Notes under the pieces: generated by a model
The model's input: the letters and a program-made list of their open reading frames with translations, nothing else
Database searches by the model: none
Told to the model about the DNA's origin: nothing
Shown: piece by piece, positions 50,340 to 62,687 of the stretch
Layout of the letters: each line of letters begins with the position of its first letter
How positions within the stretch are numbered: the stretch's first letter is position 1
Position numbers and translations under genes: made by a program
Assembly: GCA_036785375.1 (NCBI GenBank)
Contig: JAWMAR010001283.1
Span: 1 to 64,000, forward strand
DNA length: 64,000 nt
Source of the DNA: Leucoraja ocellata
Taxonomy: Eukaryota
Direction of reading: 5' to 3'

Positions 50340-51704
50340 AGTTCTCATCGTTTAAGTGCATCAGTTCCACAGACAAAGTCCAACGTCCACAATCGTACAG
50401 TATCCTAGTTTATGGAAGGACCATTCAGAAGTCCGATAACAGAGGAGAAGAAACTTATTCCTGAGTTTGGTGGTGCACACTTTCAAGCTTCTGCACCTTC
50501 TGCCAGACAGGAGCAGGAAGAAGGAATGACTGGGTGGGACAAGTCTTTGGTTATGTTGGCTGCTCTTCTGAGCCAGTGTAAAATGTAGATGGAATCAATG
50601 GTGGGAAGTCTAGTCTGGGTGATGGACTGGGTCACCTTTGTGTAATTTTCCCTGCTCCCTTTAACTTCACCCAGTTCACACCCCCACATTCACTTTATCC
50701 TCACCAGGAGCCCTTTTCCTGCTCTGTCTTTAAACTCTCCAGTTCCCATTCCCACGCTTGCTTTAACCTCACTGGAATCCTGTACCCATGCTCCCTTTGA
50801 CCTCACTGGGATCCTGTTCTGACACTTCCTTTCACCTGCATTAAAAAAATAAACTCAAAGTGGTGTATTGAGGAGTAATATTCTATACTCCAGAAAATCT
50901 GGTGGCGCAAAAGGCTGGAATCTGGAGCAGAAAAAAACAAAGTGCTGGGGAAGCTCAATGGGTCAGGCAGCATCTGTGGAGGGAAATGAACAGGGTGGGA
51001 GCTTTCTTCAAGACTTCCATTCACCAGTCCCAACGCTATTGGATATTGGGGGTTTTATGGTCTATGTATTTCCCTACAAAGGGAGATCGGACTAAAGCAT
51101 CGTGTACCAGATGTAGTGTCACCAGGACTCCATGTAATTGAGCAGATGTCTCTACTGAAACTCTTTTGCAGTGTTTGTAATTGCTAATTGGTTGCTATAC
51201 CTCTATTCAACGCATTCAACGAGGCTTTCAAAACAAGTTTGAACCTTGAATTCATATCTACAGCTTTGAATCTAACCACACGCTGAATAAAAATTCTTCC
51301 TGGAGTCACCACTGGTTCTTTGGCCAATCACCTTAATCCGTCACTTCTCACTATCTTGAGTCTTTTTTTCCTGCATTTTGATTGTTTTAACAGCTCCATC
51401 CAATCTCATCCCTCCAATCTCTCTTCCAGGAAAACCACGTCCCTCACATTATTGTGCAGAGTGCCTGGCGACCTTGCCTGCCCATTCAGCTACCTGTTAT
51501 CCCCCTGCTCATTGAATCATCCACCTTGGTGTTATTCACAAACTGCTCAATGCTTCAGCGAGTTTAAAGGGAGCATGGGTGCAGAGCTCCTGCAGGTTTG
51601 AATTAGTACTTGCTGTAGCAAGTCCATTTCACCTTCTTATCTGTTTGGGCACTCCCTTAATGACTTATTTCCACTCCAGTTCTGTGGCTTCTGAAGAGTC
51701 TGAT

Positions 51705-51841
51705 CTTCTTCTTGTGTATGGCGTGCACAGCCTAAAGTTGTAGGACAACTTGTTCTATTTGATCTTACTTGATTGTGCTCGCCAAGTTGATTGCATTCAT
51801 CGAAACAGGGCGGACCACATGAAGGTTGCAATCTCCACCCC
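51705..51841 (-). mobile_element. Second copy of the ~137-bp (GAA)n-tailed SINE-like element
   Basis: High identity to 14615-14752 over its full length. Confidence 0.7.
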
Positions 51842-52493
51842 AAGTGACTGATGAGGGTCCCACAGACTCTGCCACAGATAGATTCAGTCAGAGAGAGATA
51901 CAGCACGGAAACATACAATTTGGCCCACCGAGTCCGTGCTGAGAATCAACAACCCATTTACAGTCATCTTAAACTAATCACATTTTTGTTATTCTACTCA
52001 CATTTTCATCAACTCCCCCGGAGTCAACCTACACACTTTACAGCAGCCAATTAACCTACCCACCCATGCCTCGTTTGGGATGTGCACCATGCTGTCACAG
52101 GGAGAATATACAAACTACACACACAACATCTGAGGTCGTGATTGAACCCTAGTCTCTGGCACAATCAGGCAGTGGCTCTACCAGCTGCCTCATCCGTGCT
52201 GGACAGTTTATAAGAAACCCCTGTTCTTTTTGCTATTTGTGCAGGGCTTTAGTGTGGTCCTGGTCCCAGGAATCAAGATCTCATTGCCTTCGTGGCAGCT
52301 GCTTATTCACCGTGAGTGGCCGTGGGCCAGAAATCACCAAGGGTCACTGGCGATGATTGAACTTTTGCCCCATCTGCCCAGTAGTCTCTAACCAAGATGA
52401 ACGAGGGAACACAATCCCATCCGGTGTCAAACTTGGAGGCACCATGGTCTGTAATGTGTAACTCTCTGAGCTGTGCTTTTCAGACTGGCAGGA

Positions 52494-52553
52494 CCTGGGT
52501 CCCAGCCACCCTGTCTATGGGGTACCCCATAGACAGGGTGGCTGGGACCCAGG
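52494..52553. repeat. Perfect 60-bp palindrome with no spacer
   Basis: cctgggtcccagccaccctgtctatggggt|accccatagacagggtggctgggacccagg; the two 30-bp arms are exact reverse complements. Confidence 0.97.
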
Positions 52554-54678
52554 CCACAAGCTCCCTGCACAAGCTCGCTCAACTTTTTTGTTGAAGTGTG
52601 GTTACTGGGAAAAAAGCCAGATTATCCTTGGCACGGTCCCACAAGAACACAGCCAGTTAAATCATCTGTCATGCAGTGATAATGGCTGAGACGTGAATCT
52701 CGGGCAGCAGAGTTGTGCAGCAGGTAGTGCTGCTGCCTCACAGCTCCACAGACCCAGGTTGGACCCTGAGCTCAGGTTCCTGTCTTGTGTGTTAAGTTTG
52801 CACGTTCTCACTGGGTCTTCTCCCATGTGCTCCGGGTTCCTGGTAGGTTCGCTGGCCACTGTAAACTCAGTGCACTGAAATGCCAAATGAATCAAAGGGG
52901 AATTAGTGGGCATGTGTGTGGGATTGTGCCCCTGGATGCTGGCAGGCTTCAATCACGCAGAAGTGGCAGCCTGAACTGTGCCCAAGTCTGTGGGCTGTGC
53001 CAACTGTGTAAACCTGGCACCGAGCACAGCTGAAGTGATGATTCCTATCCACACTAGGCTGCCCGCTCACTGCCCTGTTGGCTCATTTAGGAATAGATCT
53101 GGGTTGTGTGGGAAGCTGTGGACTGTTTTGCTTTGGCACTGTAAAGACTGGTGGCTTGCAAAAACTGTGCCTTAGCATCATATAGCACAGAAACAGACCC
53201 AGTGGCCAATCTTATAGATGCCAACCAAGATGCCCCATCTACACTGGTCCCACCTGCCCGCGTTGGCCCATATCTCTCTAAACTTTTCCTGTGTGTTCAA
53301 TAAAACCAGAGTATTTCTGTAAACTGTTATGTATAAGGCTCTGTTCTTTCCCCAGATAACTATACTGCCGAGCATTTTGAATGGATTAAAAGTGAACCAC
53401 AAACTAGCATGATGGACTACACAGCTGCCACAAGACCAGGACTGTACATCCCACAGTAAGCGACCCAAGCCTTTGTGAATAGCTTAATGTCAGCGATTGA
53501 GAGGGGAAGACGGAGAAACTGTGTCTATCCATAGCAGCGGGTGATGAGGCAACTATTTCCTTCCTGTTGGGTGAGGGTCACCTCTTTGGACCCACCTTCC
53601 CTTTGAACAGACCATGTTGAATCACCTTACTGCTAAATGCCAAGCCAGATCTTAATTTCAGTTGAAGGGAGTGATTAGGATGAGATGTGTATTCAATGGC
53701 CAGTTAGATAATATCTCAAGTTAAGATATTGGCTGTTTGAGAAGTCTTCTTGGTTTTTTTTTTCATGCTAAAGGTTGGGCAGAAAACTCAACTTTGGCCA
53801 GTTCCCCACTGATACCTCCCTCCAACAGTCTGACTCTATCTCAGTTGCTGCCTGCTATCCTTTCTCAGTGGCACAGTTGGTAGAGCCACTGCCTCTCTGC
53901 GCTGGAGGCCCAGGTTCAATCCTGTTCTCCGGCATGTTTTCTGGAAGCTCCGGTTTCATTCCAAAAACATTTGGGTTGTTGGTTAATTGCCTACTGTATA
54001 TTGGCCCCTGGAGTGTAGGTGAGTGGTAGAGTCTGGGGGGAATGTGGTGGGAATGCCGGGAAACTTAAAATGTAGGATTGGTGTAAATGGTCAGCATGGA
54101 CTCGACGGGCCAAAGGGCCTCTTTCCACACTATATCTGTCTGTGAATATGTGACAGTGACTGGGACTGGGCACACGGAGCGTGAGAGAGAGATTGAGAGA
54201 TGGTGGGAACTTGAACTGAATTTTCTGTAATCAGTCTGTGATCCGTAGTACCAGACCCGGCAAAATGTGTCTCTTAGCTTCAACATTTCCGAAATTGCTA
54301 CCTTTTTCTCGCAGCCTCTTTGGGGGGAGGTTTTTGGGTTTCTCTCCTTTGTGTGAAGCTTTCAGGTGAAGTGGGAGACTGGGGGGGGGGGGGGGGGGGG
54401 GGGGGAGGACTATTCTGTGTGTTTTTGTGACTGATGCGAGTGTCTTGTTTGATGACCAGGTGTTGTACCACAGGACCACCCTCCCACCAGCTCTTCCTGC
54501 CTGAGACCGACCCTGCCACCTTGCTGAACGCAGCCTCGGGTTACTGGTGCCAGTCGGCGGAAGCATCCCACAGCCTCGCCCAGCCGCACGTGCCCCTCTG
54601 CCCCTGCATGTCGCTGGCCGTGAAACTTGCACAGGCCCCGCCGTTGATGGTCACCTCCCAGCCGGCCTTTCCCCACAG

Positions 54679-55029
54679 GACTCTTCGAGACAACTCTCTG
54701 GTCCAGCGGGCAGTTTGAGAGCGCAGCAGCCCTCGAGCAGTTCTACCCGAGTCAAGATATCCTCCGTCAAGGCAGCTGGAGTCTATGCAACAGGGGCCAG
54801 TTGTCACCACATGATGCCAGCCCATTCCACCCGTTCAGTAACCTCTTCCTCACTAACATGCAGCAGTCGGACGTCAGAGAACTCCTGAGGGAGGAAATGG
54901 TTAATGGCAGCTATCTGCACATGATGTGCCCGGATATTGGCAATACCAACCAGATACTGCTGGACGGGAGCACTAAGGGGGATTCCAGCTGGCCAGGGCT
55001 ATTGCCCAGTAGTGCCAGCCATTACCAAG
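54679..55029 (+). CDS. ANHX: ANHX-like putative coding exon 5 (GLFETTLWSSGQFES...LPSSASHYQ)
   Basis: cctttccccacag| acceptor, AAG|gtaagg donor; 351 nt open, phase 1-1, GC-rich. No recognised homology. Confidence 0.6.
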
Positions 55030-56464
55030 GTAAGGACAGGATAGATGTTGGTCTCATGGACTCTTTGGTAAAGGTATTGATTGAGGCGAAGGTGAACAAC
55101 CCCAGTCGATGCTGGACTATTGTCATCTCAGTCAGTAGAGCACAATAGGGCTTCAACAGGTGAATCTCCGCCCCACACTCTCCAACCTTGCACCCACTTG
55201 CCTCTTCTCTCTGCAGAACCTAATTCAATGGTAGCAGCACCATCATGGATGGTACAATTGAAACGTTTTAGAAACATCAGGACTAGAAGCATCTTCTCTG
55301 CCATTCAAGGGAATCGTGGTTGATCTTTTATTGCTGCACCACTTCCTTGCACTAACACCATGTCCATCCATCCCCATAATATATAAACATCAATCCATCC
55401 CTTCCTTCCACATCGTCAGTGACTGAGCTTCCACGCCCCTCAGTGTAGAATCTAATGTTACAGCTACAAAGTGCAGATAAAAGAAAGAGTGCATGTACTG
55501 CATGAGGTAGATTGAGGGATCGGGAAAACACAAGAACAAAATGTGCTGGATGTACTCGGCAGCTGGAAGCTACATCTGCGGTGGGAGAACAGTCCGTTTC
55601 AGGTCAGTCGCCCTTCCCCGGTCTTAAGATGCATGTGGCTGGGTGGAAGGTCAACTGTCGAGAGGTTAAATATTTGAGCAACTCAGTGATGGAGGGGATG
55701 AAGGAGCAAATCAGTGGACATTTGGCCAATACAGAAACATGCAGCCCTAGAGGAGGAGACCGTCGGGAGTGTAAAGGCAAGTGGGGTCCAGGCAGATCAA
55801 CATGGTCAGGGAGTAGATAGATCAGCCACGGAGATGAGACTGACTGACCCTTGTACCAAGCTCCAGTTCATTGCTGAAGCCAAGTCTCTGCGGCAAGAAC
55901 CAACTAAAACAAAGGCAGGAGGGGGCCCTTTCAGCCCCTCAAGCCTGCCCTCTACTAAATGACCATGAGCAGGAGCCTTGACTATCGCTATCAGCAGTGT
56001 GTCTGCCCTCTGTGAGACTGATGGAGCAGAATAGTTGGTAGTAACTAGTGATCTCTGGCACCATCGCACCTCATCCACATTGTTGGAAATATCTTTATTA
56101 ATTGTACTCCCACCCCTATCCTGAGCATCCTCAACCGTCATAAATGTTGATTCCGGATATACTTGTGTGAGGGTGACAATTGTTCTGCGTGTTTGGTCCA
56201 TCAGCTCCTTTACTCGATGGAAGATTCCTTGCACCTGGAGGGTTTCCTGAAGAGAGTGAGGCAGGGACTGAGGGAATGCCGCTCTGTGTAGATGGAGATG
56301 GAGCCGGGAGCTACAGAGGAGGTAGAGTGTGAGAATCTTTGTGTTCCCGTTTTATCTTTCAAAGTAATTTCCATGTCCACATAGAACACTATGATTGGAA
56401 CAGCCCTTTGCTATTGATGGAAGATCTGAATCGATTAGTCTCCTTCATTGGTCATACAGTCAGA

Positions 56465-57290
56465 TCACATGGAAACAGGCCCTTCGGCCCACTTGCCCTG
56501 GCCTATCAAGATGCCCCATCTACCCCATCTACATTAGTCCCACCTGCCCCTGCCTGGCCCATATCCCTCTAAACCTTTCCTATCCATGGTACCCTGCCTG
56601 TTCAGGCACTGAGCCTCATGGATCATGTTTTTCCCACTAGTTTTAGACGCCACTGCTATTGGAAAAGACTGTGGCTATTCACCTTATCTGTGCCCTTCAT
56701 GACTTTATAAACCTTTATAAAGACACCCCTTAGCCAGTGAAAAAAGACCCAGTCTAGCCAACCTCTCCTTATAACTCCATATCCAGAAACATCCTCGTAA
56801 TGTGTTTCTACACCCTTTCCAAGTTCATGACATCCTTCCATTAGTAGGGCAACCAGAACTGTACATGGTACGTCAAATGTGGCCTGACCTATATCTTGTA
56901 CATCTGCAACTGGTCCCAACTCCTGCATTGACCAACAAAGGTAAGCATCCATATACAGCTTCTTCAAGTCCTTGTCTACCTGCGTCACTACTTTCATGGG
57001 ATTATGTACCTACACACCCAGGTCTCTCTGTCCCACAACACTCCCTAGGCCCCTGCCATTTACTGTGCGAGTCCTGTCTGCTTTGTCTTGCCAAAACACA
57101 ACATCTCACGTTTATCTGAATTAAATTCCTTCTACCATTCCTCGGCCAATTGGCCCAGATGATCGAGATCCCTTTCTAATGTAAGATAACCTTCTTCCCT
57201 ATCCACTACACCACCAATTTTAGTGTCATCTGTAAACTTACGAACCATGCTGCTTACACTCACATCCATTTGTTAACATAAATAATGGAT
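56465..57290 (-). mobile_element. Degraded CR1 LINE 3' fragment
   Basis: KFTDDTKIGG RT remnant plus C-terminal CR1 motifs and tail. Confidence 0.75.
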
Positions 57291-57648
57291 CCAATACCTG
57301 TAACTATGAACCTCTGGTGAACAGATTGTGATGCCTAGAATTTGACCTCCTACCCTCAGGATATAGAAATCGATGTGTGATGCAAAGCCAAGCCTTTGCA
57401 GTGAAAGTGATGTCCCCGCGCCCGTCACTGCTTAGACTCCTCAGAGCTGAGCTCGCCTTTAGTTCCCCACCAGGGATGATATTGTAGTAAGCTCAGACTG
57501 TGGAGAGCGTCGGAGCTAAACCTTCCTCCTCTCACCCTGATGGACTCTTAATGCAAAAGCCATCAGATTCAGGCTGGTGACCTCACTCCCAATGATGAAT
57601 GAGTTCAGGGGTCCCGAGGCTAATTATGGCACCTCGAATAGTTTTCCA

Positions 57649-57960
57649 CGGGCAGTCACGGTGGTGTAGCGGTGGAGTTGCTGCCTTACAGCGAATGCAG
57701 CGCCGGAGACCCGGGTTCGATCCCGATTGCGGGTGCTGTCTGTACGGAGTTTGTACGTTCTCCCCGTGACCTGCGTGGGATTTCTCCGAGATCTTCGGTT
57801 TCCTCCCACATTCCAAAGACGTACAGGTTTGTAGGTTAATTGACTTGGTAAATGTAAAAATTGTCCCTGGTGAGTGTAGGATAGTGTTAATGTGCGGGGA
57901 TCGCTGGTCAGCCGGCCAAAGGGCCTGTTTCCGTGCTGTATCTCTAAACTAAAAAAAAAA
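57649..57960 (+). mobile_element. Full-length young V-SINE (HE1-like)
   Basis: A-box (tggtgtagcgg), B-box (gggttcgatccc), V core, CpG retained, tail ctctaaact(a)n. Confidence 0.88.
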
Positions 57961-58218
57961 TGAGCTGAGCTGAGACCTGTTACATGAATGCAGGGTGAGA
58001 ATAGAAACCTGTCAATGGTTCAGTGCAACTTTCACCAAATAATGCAGAAACAGCTTTTACTGGCTGGTATTTGATGAGCGATGAACGTAACACAAGGGCC
58101 AGAGGGTTTATTCTACTGGGCTGTGCAATGGTTTATTTTTCTATTGTGTATACCATGGATGTGGTAGTTAACTCTGATCATTGGATGACTGATTGCCCCT
58201 ATGTAACACTTTACGCAG

Positions 58219-58300
58219 GTTTAAACCAGCCATCACAAGCAACCTTTGGAGAATGCAGTCCACAAAGCAACGTTGATGGTGTGAAGATAGATTGCAGGAG
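58219..58300 (+). CDS. ANHX: ANHX-like putative coding exon 6 (GLNQPSQATFGECSPQSNVDGVKIDCRR)
   Basis: ttacgcag| acceptor, strong GAG|gtaaga donor; phases 1 to 2 fit the model. Confidence 0.5.
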
Positions 58301-59111
58301 GTAAGATGGGGTTGAGGACAGAGGAAGGCATGGAGCATCTTTGAATTTGTTTTTCTGTGGATTACTTTATTGAAGTGAAAAATGTGATTTTAATTAATAT
58401 ATTTCATTCTCAAAAGATATATTTTTTAATACAAGTGGAGAAGTAGAGATGAAGTCACTAGGTCACTCTTCACTCACCATATCCATCACTGAAACTTGCC
58501 TCCTTGAGTCTGCTCTGCCATTCAGTGAGATCACTTTCTTGCTTGTTTCCCACAACAGGGTGGTACTGAACCTAATCTTCGGTCTTGAAGAAGGTCTTGG
58601 GAGACGGGGCAGGGATCTGTGCTGGTGCCTTGGAAGCTGTGAATCAATATGACCTTAACCTCTCAGGTGGGAGCAGTCCAGGAACAAGGCAACCTACACA
58701 GATATCAGCCAACACAGATATACCTCTCTGCTGCTCAGGTGCTGATTGAATTGTTTTGTGTTTAAATGACACTCGTTAAGGAGTCGGCCTTCTTCCTGGA
58801 AGTTTCTTCACATTGTACTGCTCATCTCCTTCCTATTCACCCTGTATATTCATCTAACAAAAGCGACACATCAGGTGGCGTTGCTGAGCTCTGTCCCAGT
58901 GAGGCCGGCTGACGCCATTCATTCATTCAGTCAGCATTTTTATTCCGTCACGCTCTTCATAAACTCTCTCTTGTCTGCTTCCATCAAGACTTCTGGTGTT
59001 TAAAGTACCGAGCCAGTTCAGCACACTGTCATCTTACTCTCATTTTATAGAGAATGGGTGAAATTTCAGGGAGCAGTAACTATTTGTCTTGTTTTTCTGT
59101 TGTGTTCGCAG

Positions 59112-59166
59112 GCTGACGTACGTAAAGGTTGAGACGGAAGTGTGGTGCCATCCCCAACACAGCCAG
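59112..59166 (+). CDS. ANHX: ANHX-like putative coding exon 7 (LTYVKVETEVWCHPQHSQ)
   Basis: Long pyrimidine-rich acceptor (ttgtttttctgttgtgttcgcag|) and CAG|gtccgt donor; phases 2 to 0 fit the model. Confidence 0.45.
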
Positions 59167-60326
59167 GTCCGTGTATAAGCTCAACTCTCCCCCCACTCCG
59201 TGATGTTGCCTACTTCAGACGCTGTAGTTTTCACGTCACGAGCTGGACACAGAGGCAAGCTCTTCCCATTATAAACCCTATTAGATCCTGCACTCCATTA
59301 ATAAAACTCCTCATTATTCCAAAAAATCTCCAACCTAGTTTCTTGACCTTACACTGCCTTAAATCACGAGATCTACCTCCTCCCTCCTCACCTTGAAACA
59401 GGTGCAGAGCGCCTGGGCTTTTTTTGCCACAAACTTCAGACCTGTTCGTCCAGCTGCCTCTGTGCTCTCTCCCTTTATCTCACCCCAAGATCGCCCCCAA
59501 AATACCCTTCTGCATTTGCTATGAACTCCTCTCTTCTTTCTCTTTAACCCCATGAGGCACCCCCATCTCCCTATACCCTACTGCCACAAACTTTATGCCA
59601 AGAAACTTCTGCCCCTGTCCTATCTGTTCCATTCCTCATACCAAATCCCTCAGCCCCAGCTAAGCATTTTTGGTTTAATTTATCTCCTAATGTGAGAGTC
59701 CCCACTGTTAATTAATGTACTGAGTTGTGGTTGAATTGGTCGAACTGCTGCTCCCGGAATCAGGAAACTGTTTGTTCACATCCCGCTCCAAAGACTTGAG
59801 AACAGACGATACGCTCTCTCTGGTCAGCACTGAAGGCCTGTCGAAGTAGGTGTCTTTAACATCAGAAGAGTGGTGGAGTTTGTTTGATGTCCCAGACAAT
59901 ATTTCCATGTTGACCAGACAAACGAAGCAGACTTACCGAGCGGTGTTTGCTCGTTCTCCCTTTGACCCCGTGGGATTCCCCCAGACATGCCAGTTTCCTC
60001 CAATATCCCAAAGACATGTGAGTTCACAGGTCATTTGGCCACTGTGTGTAGTTGAATGGTACAATCTGGGGAGAGCTGATTGGAATGAGGGCAGAATCAT
60101 ATGGAATCAATGAAGCAGTGGAATAAATGCAAGCTTAATGGTTGGCACGAACTCAATGGGCTGAAGGGCCTGTTTCCATGCTGTACGACTCTATGACATT
60201 GAGGGTGGGCTGGTTTGTGATCCCTGCTGATACCCACTGTTGCTCTGCATAGCTGGAATTGACCCACACAGGGACTGATGTGGGTCAGTGACATGCAGAA
60301 TGATGTTCCTGTTCTGTGTCTTCCAG

Positions 60327-60455
60327 GTTCAGCAGGACACTAAACTGGACATAGCAGCACAGGCCCTGATCCAGCTCTCCCAGATACCCATCGGCAGCCT
60401 TTCAACACCGGACGGCACTGCTTCCACAGAGTGCCAGAGAACATGGGAGCCGTAA
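60327..60455 (+). CDS. ANHX: ANHX-like putative terminal coding exon (VQQDTKLDIAAQALIQLSQ...RTWEP*)
   Basis: gttctgtgtcttccag| acceptor; open in phase 0 to TAA; amphipathic AAQALIQLS motif. Confidence 0.5.
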   Translation, partial: VQQDTKLDIAAQALIQLSQIPIGSLSTPDGTASTECQRTWEP

Positions 60456-62681
60456 GAACACAGCAAGCAATGTCCTTTATCTCAGTTACCCTGGGAGTCA
60501 GGAGAGCTTTATCTGTGTGAGGCAACACTCTTCAGGATCTGCCCCACGTGGCTGTGTGACCAGCCAGTAGGCTGGTGCTGTGAGTTTGAGGAATCCACTG
60601 TCCATTGAGAACAGTCAGCAAGCGAGTGGGGAGGAGGCCATCAGTCTGCGTTCACTCTAACTGGTTGGTCGTAGATCAAACGACCTTCGATTTACATGGA
60701 GAGCAGAGTCCATTTAGAGGACGGAGGAGCCAGAACTTACGACGGTAAATGCAGAAGGTTCCCCATTGAAACGCAGCAGGTTTTGATTTGATTGATTGAT
60801 TGACTGATTGTGAGAATAATTACCTACAGTCGCCATTCAGAAAAACAATCTCAACGCCTCAACAAACTGGTCACTGGGCTTGAGTGCCAGTGGAGTTACC
60901 CAACACACCAGCTCCAGTTGGGACAGTATTGTCTAGAGGGAGGTTATATGACATATTGTCCCTCAAGTGGATTCCTTTAAAGGCACTGTCATTTTCCTCT
61001 CCCTTTTTCTCCATGATCTCGCAACTTTTTTTTTACCATTCCATTTTACACAGGGCCATTTCAAACATAACTCCTAAATCCTTGGGGAAAAAACACTCTT
61101 ACCTTTTCATTTGGTTTACCCATAAACACCTGGGGCTCGCTTACAGATCTTCCTAACACCGTTATTCCTTTTCAGTGCACCCTGGCACTATTGAAGCTGA
61201 AGCAGCCCCTCCACAGTGAACCCATCTCTGAGGCACAGATATCTATTCACACCCTGTAGCATTCTTGGTGCCTTGAGTGCCGATCCCCACATTCACCTAC
61301 ATTATGGGGCCCTCGTGCAGAGCACGCTGTTGGTCTCAACTCTGGCCAAGGATTGATTGCTTTGTTTTCCTGTTTCACATTTCACTCGTTCGGTACAGAC
61401 ACATATTCAAAGATGACAACTTACCCTCATATCAATTTCTTGACTAGATAGGTTGCTCTGATTTCAAATTCCATGCCCCAGTCTACCTCAGCAATTGAAA
61501 CCTCTTCAACTAGCCCACCAAAATGTTACAATCCTCTGCCAAATACCATTTGCTTCGGTATTACTGAGAATACAGGCACAATCCAAGCAATCTCCCCTTG
61601 TACTTATGTCCGAGGATGACTGGTGATAATTTGGTGGGTTTGTACAGTTGTGCTCCCAGCCCAGTAAACCTTGCTTCAGATATGGTGCCCAGAACCTTGC
61701 ATGATAATCCAGCAGTGACTTCAGGGTTTAGCTTGATTGCAACAAAACGTCTTAGTTATTCTGGTCCTGTCTGATTTCTATCCTTTATTTGTATGTGGCT
61801 ACTTAATTTAATATTCTGTAGAAACAAGCAACTGCAGATGCTGGTTTACCAAAAAAAAAGGCACAAAGTGCTGGAGTAACTCAGCGGGCCAGGCAGCATC
61901 TCTGGAGAACATGGATTGGTGATGTTTTGGATCAGAACCCTTCTCCAACACTTTGTGTCATTTCTACATGAATGTATTGTCTACTTAGACCCCCATATCT
62001 CTTTGGACTTCCAAGATTCTTAGCTTTTCAACCTTTGGACTAATTTCCTGAATTTCCAAAATGAATGAACCAATACAAATCTGTGTGGAAACACAGCTGC
62101 CACAGATCTGCCCATTCACTTCATCCATCCATGTCCTTTTATGATCTGGGTGCTTTGTGTACCATGCAGTACCACTCATGTACAGCAACAGAGAACTTGG
62201 ATTTATAATGGCACATTAATTCTGAGGTTAGTTTCAGAGGACAGAACTTAGTGGGTTTTGATGGTTAGTTTTACACTTTGTCACACAAGTTAACTGATGT
62301 TTTTAGTATGTTTTCTGAATGTTGCTTAACTTTTAAGATACATCAACTCTCAACTTTTAAGATCCATTTTCATTGACCAGTTTTTGGAGTGTGTCTTTGG
62401 CACAGAATGAGTGTAGAGAAGAGTGAACCTATTTGTGCGTTTGGAGTTTAATTCTCTCGTTGCAGAATGAGTGGGTGGTGGGAGGTAGCTGAGGCAGAAC
62501 GTGGCTGTTTCCCATTCACTGTAGATGGACACGCTCCAGAACTGTAGGTACTAGCCTCAGGGGTCCACCCACCTACCTCATGACGGCTTGTTATTGATGG
62601 CAGAAAGTATATATTTAAAATGTTCTGAATTAACATTTTGTATTTATAAGTGTTTTCCAAACCTTAATCTGAGCCGATGTT

Positions 62682-62687
62682 AATAAA
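62682..62687 (+). terminator. Putative poly(A) signal of the ANHX-like gene
   Basis: AATAAA preceded by AU-rich sequence and followed by GU-rich gtgtggttttg. Confidence 0.45.

Noticed and set aside
57649-57730. tRNA gene (A and B boxes present)
   Set aside because: It continues into a V-SINE core and LINE tail and is multi-copy in the window, so it is a SINE head and not a tRNA.
58559-58652. Alternative ANHX-like terminal exon (VVLNLIFGLEEG...)
   Set aside because: Phase-compatible, but it includes a repeat-like segment and lacks the motifs found in the 59112/60327 model; not excluded, only less favoured.
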